Positions 52,718-64,000 of a DNA stretch of 64,000 nucleotides are shown in pieces. The stretch spans positions 2,931,167 through 2,995,166 of the forward strand of contig NC_057750.1 of the NCBI RefSeq assembly GCF_004010195.1. Direction: 5' to 3'. Numbering within the stretch: position 1 is the stretch's first letter; every line of letters starts with the position of its first letter. This DNA is from Chiloscyllium plagiosum (lineage: Eukaryota). The position numbers were made by a program, and so were the translations under genes. The notes below the pieces were generated by a model. That model worked only from the letters and a program-made list of their open reading frames with translations. It was not told the DNA's origin and made no database searches.

Positions 52718-55700
52718 TAGACACTGGACCAAATGGCCTTCATGTTTTGTATCATTGTAGGACTGTACACACAAAACTACAAAATTAATGACATATGCCC
52801 TATAGAAAACTAGCATTGATGCAGTAAGCAAGTTTATGATTAAACTGGTCTACCGTATCATCCCCAATTACAAGTGACCGTTCATGTCACTCCACTGCCC
52901 CTGGGATCTCCCCTTCTCTGCAAGGCCAACTCTTCAAAGGCATGTTATTCAGTTTGCCCTGTGGCACTCTGCTGTGTTTACGCATTGCTGCTGCTCATTG
53001 TCTAACTACAGTGGCTAGATTTCTTTTTGAACAACAGCCTCTCTTGTCTCTCTGCCAGTTGCTCATATTAGATTGGTGGAGCAGGAGACATTTCAGTTTT
53101 GCTAATAAGCTGGGAACAAAAATTTTGAATTATTATAGTACTGCATTATAAATGCGAGCAATCTATTTTCTGACCAGCAAAACGTACAAAGAATCTCAGC
53201 CCTGTGCCAGTTTCACAAATTATGCTCAATTTTAAATTAACTCCCACTTATTGCAAGTCCACTTCATTCATGGAATATCTCACAAAGATAAAACTTCACT
53301 GACAGCACATAGGAATGAAGAAAAAGGCAGAATTATTCCTCCAGGTGTCTCAAAGTACTCATTTATCAATGCTCTGGCAATGCAAGTTTATTGCCTGAAC
53401 AGTTTACTTCCGATGAATGCTTTGCTCGGACTGGAATTTTCAAACATTTTAGACTCTGCCATCTAAAGGAGAAGGCTACCTTCAGGGAGGAGAGAATATT
53501 AAGTTTTAAAAATTTTTCTTAGCTAGGCAAAATATTCTTGAACACACAATCACCAAGTCCCAAAGGCCAAACAACTCAATGTTTTTGCCTGGTCCTGCCT
53601 ACAAAATCCTCACATCGCAGTACACGTTGTAGCATTTTTCACATCCTTAAACTGCTTCACAGATAAGAAACTACTTTTTGAAAAGCAGCTGCTTAGTAAT
53701 TGTGTAAACGTGGCAGCTAATTCCTTAGAGCAAAAAGCCGGAAACAGCAATAAAATAAATGATCAGTTAATTAATGTTGGTGGCAGAGGGATATATATTG
53801 ATCCAGAGCACCAGGACAAATTATCCAACACATCTTCAAAGAGGACCATGAGATCTTTCACTACAACAGTGGGTATAACAACTCACGTTACTAGGAAATT
53901 ATTCTATTTTCCACCCATCTAGCCCCACCTCTCCAAATTCTCATTTGCCTTAAAGTGATTGTTAAACACACAAAGTGCTGGATGTCGAGAATGCAACTGA
54001 TAATACCAGCCAGTTCCAGCTGGTTCAGGAAAGTAAGTTTAAAATTAGCAATGCTCCCAGTGTACTCTTCCTGCAGCCCTGTGGGGCTCCTCTCATTGCC
54101 ACACTTCAAACAGAATGCATCAACTGGAGAAGCTTCACGAAACTGACAGTATTGTATACTCTCGACTGCCTGGTAGTGGATGTATTACGCATTTAAATCA
54201 AGAAGAATTAAGCACTGTGCATTGTTAGCAAAATATCAACAACAGTACTCCATCAGTTATCATAGTCACATTACTCTGACAAGTCATATTAAAAAACAAT
54301 TATAATTTAAACTATTCTTGATGAAACTTAAACTTCTCCTTGTTAATGTGGGGATCCTTGCCATATTTCAGAAACGTGCTGTGGCAGAAAGAATAATATA
54401 TTCATATGCATCAACTGGTGTGTTTTAAGAACACCCAAATCAATTACACCAAGGTTCAGGCATAGTTAAGGAGAGGAACACAGCAACATTTGCATACTGT
54501 AAAATCGCACAAACAAACAACACCAGCCAATTCAATGGTTCTTGAAGAATGTTAAGAACACTGGGAGAATTCACTCTTTGTTCACTACTCTAGAGTCTTC
54601 AGAGTCCTCCTAAAGGCAGAAGGTTATCCATTTCAGGTTCTGCCCACATGCAGCACCTCCAACAATGCAGTACAGGTTTTCCCTTTGCACTGCACAAACG
54701 TACATATCTACATTTTGTACTATAGTCAAGTCAAATCTGTGTCCGTTCAATAGAGAACTAGGCAATAGATCTGATAAGTCTTGCATTCCATTTCTGGCCT
54801 GTAATGAGTTAGGTGAACAGGCTAAGGCTATTTTGGCTAGAATGACAACTGATTGGATGGAAGCATTTAAGATCAAGAAGAAATTTGATTGGGCAGGGAA
54901 ATACTTCCAGTTCCGAAGAATCGTACTGAACTCGAAATATTAACTCTGTTTCTCTCCCAACAGAGATTTCCTGACTCATTGGATTTCTTCAGCACTTTCT
55001 GCTCCTTGTTAGGAATGTTTCCAGTTGTGTGGGGGATTGGGAAGGATCCACAGCTATGGATTATAAATATAAGATAGTCACTAAAAAAAGCATTTCAGGA
55101 GAAAGAACTTTACCCCAGAGAGTGGAATTCAAACAAAAGCAGACAAAGTTAAAGTTTTTTTTGTCTTGAACTCATCAGGCTAAGACACGAGATACAAACT
55201 TGTAAAAAGAGCTAGGCAAAAGTGAGGACGGCAGATGCTAGAGATCAGAGTTGAGAATGTGGTGCTGGAAAAGCACAGCAGGTCAGGCAGCATCCGAGGA
55301 GCAGGAGATTCGACATTTTGGGCAAAGGAGCTGCCAATTTATACAAACTGATTAAATGCTGCTGATTGATAGTGTTAAGATAGACTTAAGATTCAGAGTT
55401 CATTGTGCTTGCTGCAGCTCCATGGCAATAATGGCCCACCAATCAGAACCCTGTTCTCATGCTGTATAAATCAGTGCCTCTTTGCTTTGTCTTTGTTTCC
55501 TGTGTCCTAGTCCTGACGCGTGCACAGCAAAGAGATTCACCTTGTTTTCTCCACTGAGCAATGTTTAAGTTCTGAACTAATGAACAATTACTTAAAATAG
55601 AACTCACCACCACGTGAAGTGTCTAAAGTGCACAGCATTACGCATTTAAGATGAATGTAGATAAGTCCACGAGGGAGCAAAGGATGGAAGTATATGTTAA

Positions 55701-57844
55701 AGCTGTTTTGGAGCATAAATATCAACACAAACCATTTGGCCAAATGCTACATAAAATGCTAAGTAATTAAACAAATTGTCCCAAAGTTTTTGAAGAAAGT
55801 AAGTTTGACTGATAACAAAGGTTACAGTATCATTATGCAATGATGCACATGCTATTTAAGACCAATTAGAGCGTCAACATCTAAGGAAAGAATCCAGTGA
55901 GCAATACTATACAAAAACTACCGTCACAGGGTGCCAATGTCTGCTTACTTAACTGCTGAAACAGTTAAAACAAAAAAAAGCTTACTCGCTGAACCCACGC
56001 TTGTTCCTGCTGCTTTTAGATGTATCATATTCATTTAAGACCAGAATGTAACTGAAAATACGACAAATGTAATTCTTAATTATCTGTATATGCACAAGAA
56101 AGCTTTCGGAAGGTGAATAAAGGGAGAGGTTTTAACTCTGAATACTAGCTCACAGTCAAAGCTAATGTCCCCAAGTGGAATTCCAGATATCAACTATTTA
56201 AGCTCCTCTGGAGCCTTTACCTAACTCAATTCCCCAAACCAATTTACTGCAGCTTTACTTAATAATTATCCCAACCAACCCACAGACAAATTAAAAGGGA
56301 GAAAAGAGCTGACAGCATGGAGGGCCAATGTAGTTTGATAACACTGAGCCACGTCACAGGGATAGGACAAAACACTCTCTTCCCCCTATTCTCTTGTGAT
56401 GGGATCAGCACAAAATAAAATGTGTGGGTGGTAAAGAAAAGGAAACTACAGCTATATTCATACCTATATCAGCTAAAGGAGGAGGAATAGTTTACTCCTG
56501 TTCCTAATATATATGTTTACACATTATGGGCTTACTCATTCCATTAACAATACAACGGATGCAAAATGTTATGAACTAATGTTCTTGAAAAGCCCTGAAC
56601 AGCCAAAACAAAACCCAGATATATTAATCATAGAATTTTAAAAGCATAATGCAAGTGAAATAAATTTCAATCTCAAGTGCAATGCATACAATTTTATTGA
56701 AATCTAAAATCATCCTTTCAAAGAACTGGCATGACTTATCCACCCATTTCTGTTTTTAAACAGTAAGCCAGTAATTCCAAGGTTAGCTATGTAGTTTCAG
56801 AGGTAAGTATTATAATTCATTTCCAGTGGATCACTTGGTAACAAGTACAGTACAGATGCAGGATTACCCAAAGCCTCACATTGTCAACAAACCTTCCCCA
56901 ACATAGCTGTGCAGAGATAGATCTCTGAAAACTCTGCAATAGCTACAGTTTATGGTAGTGTTGTTAAAATATAAGGTACATGTTTAATGCAGTTCTGATT
57001 ATAATAAATGTTCCCAGGCTGGTTAGTAGCAGCCTGGGAACAGAACTTGTCTAGAAACCCAGATTTAAAATCTTCATAAATTTCCAATCTAGTGACACTC
57101 AGTGGAAGAAACAAGCCCTAAACAATCACAAGGTCATTAAAGAAGGAATTCCACACTGTAGAAGGTATAGTTTGCTTCTAACCAGCTTAATCATAAAATG
57201 TTGCAGAAAATAACTTAAGTTTCCTTGTTTGACTAGTCTCCCAACCTCAGTGGTTCAAGATTGAGCTGATGTTTCTGGACTTAGAGTTCAGTACAAAACC
57301 AGCTGGAATTATCTGCCAACTACCCAAGATAAACAAAGCCAGCACTCTGACTGCTGACAAATGCCTGTAGTTTAACATTTTAAATCTTAAAATTAGAATG
57401 AAATAATTCTAAGTTTTCAATCTTTCCTTCTTACATGTTGATTATGAAATTGCATCTATTTTCTCATTTCTTCACAGTATCTAATCCCCAATTTCTCTTC
57501 AAAATAAAACCTACAGCCTGTTAGTACAGGGTGCACTGACAAGTGGGGTTGGCTCCAGAGCCCCTTAAAAAGTGGCAGACAGGACCCCATTCCCAAACTT
57601 TCCAATTTTCAGGAGTGCCTTATAAGGGATTGAGCTGGTTCAGGTCAAGACTCACACTTGCCACTCACTGTTCGGCCAGCACCAATGCACAGATTGATAC
57701 GACCAACTCCTCTTGAATTTTCATGAAGTTGGGCCTGGTTTTTAAAGGCTTGTGGTTCAAGGCAGGAGAGGTGACCTGAACCAAGCATGAGGAACCTTCA
57801 AAAGGCAAGTTTAAAATATGCTCATGATCCCTTGCCTCAGTACA

Positions 57845-57973
57845 TTCCTGATGAGGGGCTTTTGCTCGAAACGTCGATTTTCCTGCTCCTCAAATGCTGC
57901 CTGACCTGCTGCGCTTTTCCAGCGCCACACTAATCTAAACTCTGGTTTCCAGCATCTGCAGTCCTCACTTTCA
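57845..57973 (+). mobile_element. Solo PLE family A terminal repeat with intact hammerhead core
   Basis: CTGATGA-G-GGGC-TTTT-GCTC-GAAACGTC at 57848-57875; TSD cctc(a/g)gtaca at 57835-57844 and 57974-57983. Confidence 0.85.
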
Positions 57974-58109
57974 CCTCGGTACACGAATGCCCAGCCAGCC
58001 CCCAAAACAAGCTCCACAGCTATGCCTCTCTTCCCAGGATTCTAATCTGAGCTCTCCACTGGGAATACATAATAAGGCTTAACTGAGAGACCCGAAATCC
58101 ATTATTATA

Positions 58110-59380
58110 GTCATTGAGACATACAACATAGAAACTGACCCTTTGTTCCAACTCATCCATGCCCAGCAAGTTTCCCAACTTAGGTGCATTAGTCAGGGGG
58201 AATGTAGAGCAGTAGGGTGGGGGAGTGGGCCTGGGTAGGATATTCTTCAGAAAGTCAGGGTGGACTTCTTGGGCTGAATGGCCTGTTTCCATACTGCAGG
58301 GATTCTAATGATAATCCCATTTGCCTGTATTTGGCCCATATCATTCCAAAGCTTTCCCATTCATATTTCTGTCGTTTAAATGTTGTAACTGTACCTGCAG
58401 CCACCATTTACTCAACTTATGAACCACCCTGTGTGTGAAAACATTGCTCCTCAAGTCCCTTTTAAATATTTCTCCTCTCACCTTAAAAATATGCCCCGTA
58501 GTTTGAACTCCCTCACCCTAGGGAGAAGACCTTTGCTATTCACCTCAAAAGGTCACCCCTCAACCTTCTACACTCCAGTGAAAAGTGTCTTAGCCTATCC
58601 AGCCTCTCCTTATAACTCAAACCCTCCAGTCCCAGCAACATCCAAGTAAATCTTTTCTGAATCCTCTTCAGTTTAATAATATCCTTGCTACAGCTGACCA
58701 AAACTGTAAACAGTATTCCAAAAGTGGCCTCACTAACATCTTGCATAACCTCAACATGACTCCTATACTCAGTGATCTGAGCAAACTTGCTAAACACCTT
58801 CTTAACCACACTGTCTACTTGTGACACAACTTTCAAGAACTACGTATCTGAACCCTTAGGTATCTCTGTTCAAAAACACCACTGAGGGCCCTACCATTAA
58901 CTGTACAAGTCCTGCTTGTTCATTTTACAAAAACGCAATTCCTCACGTTTATGCAAATTAGCACTGCTGCCTCACAGCACCAGGGACCCAGGTTTGATTC
59001 CAGCCTCGTGCAACTATCAGTGTGGAGTTTGTACATTCTCCCCGTACCTATGTGGATTTCCTCCGGGTGCTCTGGTTTCCTCCCACAGTCCAAAGATGTG
59101 CAGGTTAGGTGAATTGGCAATGCTAAATTACCCATAGGGACGTGTAGGTTAGGTGCATTAGTCAGGGGAAAATATAAGGTAGGGGAATGGGTCTGGGTGG
59201 GTTACTGTTTGGAGGGTCGGTATGGACTTGTTGGACCGAAGGGCCTGTTTCCACACTGTAGGGATTCTATGATGACATCACATTCTAAACTCCATCTGCC
59301 ATTCCTCAGCCTATTAGCACAATTGATCAAGATCCCTTTATAATCTTAGATAACCTTCACTGTCCACTATACCACCAATT
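58110..59380 (-). mobile_element. Decayed CR1 3' fragment carrying two HE1-type SINE inserts on plus (about 58180-58310 and 58958-59272)
   Basis: KLKRIQKRFTWMLLGLEGLSYKERL remnant; CR1 text resumes at about 59278 after the SINE. Confidence 0.8.
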
Positions 59381-61699
59381 CTAAAAATGTCCTGATAAAT
59401 GGAAGTATTCTTATACTAGATTATATAATGAAAATTAATTTTGATGGGGATGGGTCTGGGGGAAGAGACGAGAAGGTGGGAGGATTTACTAATTAAGACG
59501 AATTCAAATAAATTGGGTGAATCAGCTAGTGACAATTGTCAATAAACAAGCATATGGCAGTGTACAAAGTTGATTAAGTAAAATCCTGGATTAATTATTG
59601 GCTGTTTTAATGATGCCCAAATTCTGAAGATTGCTAGTGACAGCCACACATTCTGAAATTATTTCATTCATTCCTTTTAATATCCCCTTGTTTAATCCAG
59701 TGTCAATTTCTTGATTACACATCTTATGAAGAGATTTATTTTTAAACATTAAGGATGCAATATAATAGCCAGTTGTATCACCAGGTCCTCTCTGCCTGGA
59801 ATAAAGCGTTTTAGTGAAGGGTTGGTGAGTACAGTGCATTCTATACATTTATGATACAACCAACTGGATGCACTCAATGAATGAGATCTGGATCCATTGA
59901 AATGCAGAGAAGGAGAAACGAAACATGTTTCAGATTCAGTCTCATGGCAATTAAAATACTGTGAAGTTTTTCAAATTTGCTAACTGAATCACCACTCATT
60001 TATTTAACACCTGGTGAAAGACTATATTCAAAATTCATAAAAAATAAAACTCCAGTAACAGCTGTCAGGAAAAGCTATCCTGAATGAAGTGCCAATTTAA
60101 AACCCATCACATGCGGATTACATACATGGAAATAGTTTTTTAAAACTGGAAATTGATGTTCGTTCCTCACCCATAAAAGAATTAGGAATCCAAATTCAAC
60201 TGAATTTTTTGTTAGTAATGGTTTACGCAGGACATGACCCTTTGTCTCTGATTCTATGCATTTAAGATGTTTAGAATTCTTAATAAACCTGTTCAATGAC
60301 ACTGAAATAACATTTTGAGTGAAGCTGACTTTGTTATCTGTGAACAAGGAAGGGTGCTTGAATGAAGGCACGAAGACAGGACTGCGTACACAAGAGATAC
60401 AATTATTCTCACCAGGGTAATGGTTATCTTTAGACATTTTGAAAAACTAGTCGATAGATGCTGAATAAAAAGAGCAAGGTCTCTGGGCTGACTGTCCACA
60501 AGCGTGGGGAAGAAAGGAATAAGATGAAACAAAACTTCAGAAATCGTTATAGCTCAGAATTTTTCCCTTACCACAGCATTGAAGGCTCATTCTAAAGTCT
60601 CGCTATTAAAAGGATAGACACCTACCAAATGGAGTCTTCTACATTCCTGAAGTGATATAACGTTTTCATATGACAAATGACTATAGACCAACTGGGTCAG
60701 TTAGCTCCGTTGCTGGTTTGCAATGCAGAGTGATGCCCACACTGTGGATTCAAATCCTGCAGTTACTATGAAGGTCTCTCCCATCCTTATTGCAACCAAA
60801 GCGTGGTGACCCCCAGGTTAAACTACCACCAGTTGGCTCTCTCAGAGAGCAGCCCTATGGTCTGGTAGGAATATGGCAACTTTACCTTTTATAGACTTGT
60901 TAGAAAGACAAATGGCGTTGTACGGCAATCTATTCCTGACAAGGCATCCTCCTCCATTCTGCATGCAGTCCTTTCCAAGACAAACTTCAGAGTCTTGGAC
61001 CCTTCCATGCTAATCCTCATTTATTAATATTTCTCCGTCCTGGAATAATCAAGAGTGCACAAGTTGGTGCATGATTGCTGCCAAAACAAAATTTGCCTTG
61101 CTTTTGTACAATTTATCATCTTAGTATGTCATTTCTTGTAGGCTTATAGCCTGATGACTACCAGCACTAACAACACAGGCACACCAAACTTGAAAGCCCA
61201 AGAAAGCTAAGTTATCAGAATGTTTGCTGACCTGTCTAACTAAATCAGTCATCACATTGTGGGACTGCAGGACAATATTTGATGTAAAATATAACACAAG
61301 TAATAATGAGATGAATGAACTGGTGTTACAACACTGGGCATAGGACTTGTCCCATCCAGGAGTTCCTCAGAAGGGCATGAGAAGCCAAAGTGAGGGCTGG
61401 GACCCTCGTGGGGTGGCAAGCAGAAACTTTGGGTCATTCAGAGGCAGAAATATTTTTCTCTTTTTATAGGTCTTCGCCAGCCATTCCCACAGCTCTCCCA
61501 TCCCATCAAAGGAGGTACAATTATTTTTAAGCTATGAAGTGGGGTCACAGTGGGTAAACATTTAGGAAGCCCTGGTGTGGAGGATGCAGAATTGTGATTT
61601 ATACATATTCAAATTTTTTTTTGGATTTTTGCATTTTTAACTAGAAGCATAGGTACTCTATATATGAAATGGGTTTAATGATTAACTAGTAGGTATGTT

Positions 61700-61906
61700 G
61701 TAGCTGCCAAAGGAAGTGGGGGAGGCTGGTACAATTGCAACATTTAAAAGGCATTTGGATGGGTATATAAATAGGAAGGGTTTGGAGGGATATGGACCGG
61801 GTGCTAGCAGGTGGGACTAGATTGTATTGGGATATCTGGTCGGCATGGACGGGTTGGACCGAAGGATCTGTTTCCGTGCTGTACATCTCTACGACTCTAT
61901 GACTCT
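61700..61906 (+). mobile_element. Short CR1 3' end
   Basis: Matches 18190-18387; ends gactctatgactct. Confidence 0.88.
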
Positions 61907-63864
61907 AAAACACAGTATTAGAGAGAGACTTCCCAGAAAGTAATGAGGTCGTTCATATTGGGAGAGTTTATGAACAAAGTAAATAGAGTCATGATTGTGC
62001 TTTCAAATTCAGTTTTCTGGAATTTACTTGATGTGGAAGATACACCCATATCTTGGAAGAATCCTTTTTAGTTTCAGGAAGCTTGCAGAAGTCTTGGCTG
62101 AAGCAGTATGTGTAAAACAGTTGCTCCGGAGAAAGGGAGGCAGTTTTAGGACTGTGAAGTAACCTCTTTTGTCAGTGTAAAGAGTTTAGTTTGAAAGTTC
62201 CAGACCAGAGTGTTTGATTAAAGCACTAAAGGGGTTATTTGAAGGTAAGAAAGTATAAGATCAATTCTACGAAGCCTCCAAGAACAGACTATCAAGATTT
62301 TTATGATGGGAAAGTGAAACCACAGTTAACTTAAGTCCAATGGATTTAAAGAGAAGGAAATTCTCTCTGGTGTGGGTACTGTTGTTGAGATTAATGGAAT
62401 AGTATTTTACCATGTGTTTGTGAATTTTAAAATATATATGTAAATAGTTTATTATGTTGCATCTTCATTCCTTTTGTGTAATAAACCCAAACTACAACAT
62501 TGTGTACTTGCATTTCAGTGAAAGATCACCTTGGTAAAACAAAAACATATATCCATTCAGATTTCAATGCAGGTCACATCTTGTCCAGTAGTAACATCAG
62601 GTGGAATCATAACAGAATGATTCCAAGAATGAATGATAAGGTATCAGAACACGTACGATAATCATTGGTAGGGATGATATTAACACTAAGGTCACTATTA
62701 TCAGACTAATTAGTATTATGATTCCAATTTAATCATCCAAGAAAATACTTAATAGGATTTAGCCTCCATTATTTCAAATTGCTACTCTATTTACTGTCCT
62801 GCATCAGCTCATATTCCCATCATTCCAACCCATGGTCTTCTCTCTGAAATGTGAGCATTGTTTTTCTCTTTAGCGGCTGCACAGCCTGTGGATTATACCC
62901 AGGGTTTTCTGCCTTTCCTTCCAACCATGTTACACAACTCAAAATGTCCTTTCCAAACACAATGCAATTTTGGACAGACAAAATCTATCCAAGTGCTGAG
63001 TGTTTTGAACTATTTAAATACACAAGATCTTTCAGTTTAGCTGTAGCCCTAATGACAACAATACGACTTCTCAATGTTGAAACATGAAAAATGCTAAAAA
63101 TTCAGTCATTGCTAAGACAAATAGCAGGTTAACACATTTGGGATGAATTCTATTAATGCACATACATGTCAGTTTTCTGTCTAGAAATCCCCATGCTGAG
63201 GACCATAATAAATCAGTGCAACAGATAAGCTTAAATGTTTGCAGCCATCTAAGGATCCTAACATTACAGATGCCACTCTTTTGCCAACTTTTTTCAGTCC
63301 ACAGAGGAGAATTCACTGGCTATAGCAAGGGCTATGGGCTATGTCAACATCCCAGCTGTAGCTCCAAAGAATTGAGCTCCAAAACCAGCCTCACTCTTAG
63401 CCAAGTTCTTTCAGTGCAGTTACCTGCAGTGCAAGAAAGCTGCTTAGCACTTTTTCAAAGAGCAATTATAGTTGGTCAACTTTTGGCCTTACCAACTTCC
63501 AAGTGCCAAGTCAAATATTGAAGGATGCACTCTGCATTTCTAATATTTTCTCTCCCTCGAGTTTTGGATATCCAGTGAAAAAGACTTTTTTAAATCAGTT
63601 ACAAAATTAACAAAATAAGTTTAAATGCTCAATGCATAATTTTACTTCAAGGCTGCTGAAATTACCCAGGTTTAAGATGTCTTCTAACAGTACGTTGCAT
63701 CTGATATTATTGCTTGTGTTTCTGGACAAAGAAAGGATAATTGCAACAGTTCAAATCTCAAATTACGAATATAGTTGGCAAAGTTTGAGAAGTATGATGT
63801 TATGAGCTCTCTCAACTTTTGTATACTTTTTAAATAAACAAGCAAATACACCAAATATAATGTT

Positions 63865-63957
63865 AAAAATCACATAACACCAGATTATAGTCCAACAGGT
63901 TTATTTGAAAGTACAAGCTTGTCCACCCCAGTCCAACACTGGCACCTCCATATCATG
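63865..63957 (-). mobile_element. PLE family B terminal remnant
   Basis: aaaaatcacataacaccagattatagtccaacaggtttatttg. Confidence 0.65.
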
Positions 63958-64000
63958 ACCAAATATATTTAACAGCATTCTTTTCTGTTTTTGAGATATG

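Noticed and set aside
52718..52831. 177-aa ORF as a domesticated GIY-YIG gene
   Set aside because: The N-terminal part is flanking DNA with a TTG start; the rest is an ordinary truncated PLE with its 3'UTR.
55975..56020. Minus-strand donor CGA|GTAAGC as another 5' exon
   Set aside because: A single motif with no further support; expected by chance in 64 kb.
1..64000. CRISPR array, operon or other prokaryotic system
   Set aside because: No regularly spaced repeat-spacer array or dense coding; the DNA is vertebrate intron.

Overview
Eukaryotic, repeat-rich vertebrate DNA. The repeat content (HE1-type tRNA-derived SINEs, CR1 LINEs, Penelope-like elements) points to a cartilaginous fish, probably a shark (inference). 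The only host coding sequence I can support is the first coding exon of a group II p21-activated kinase, most like PAK4: minus strand, ATG at 21413, phase-0 donor after 21210, 68 codons covering the basic NLS, CRIB domain and pseudosubstrate. The rest appears to be intron and 5' flank, with a candidate non-coding first exon/promoter at about 45.4-46.4 kb. Nearly all other ORFs in the track are transposon remnants or noise. The most notable structure is three distinct Penelope-like (PLE) repeat families carrying minimal hammerhead-ribozyme cores, several inserted as fold-back (palindromic) elements with clear 10-14 bp target-site duplications (TSDs), the largest about 1.5 kb. The catalytic G of these cores sits in a CpG and is repeatedly lost. 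I see no convincing wholly new gene system. Repeat boundaries are by eye and approximate, and family names come from recalled consensus features, not database searches.
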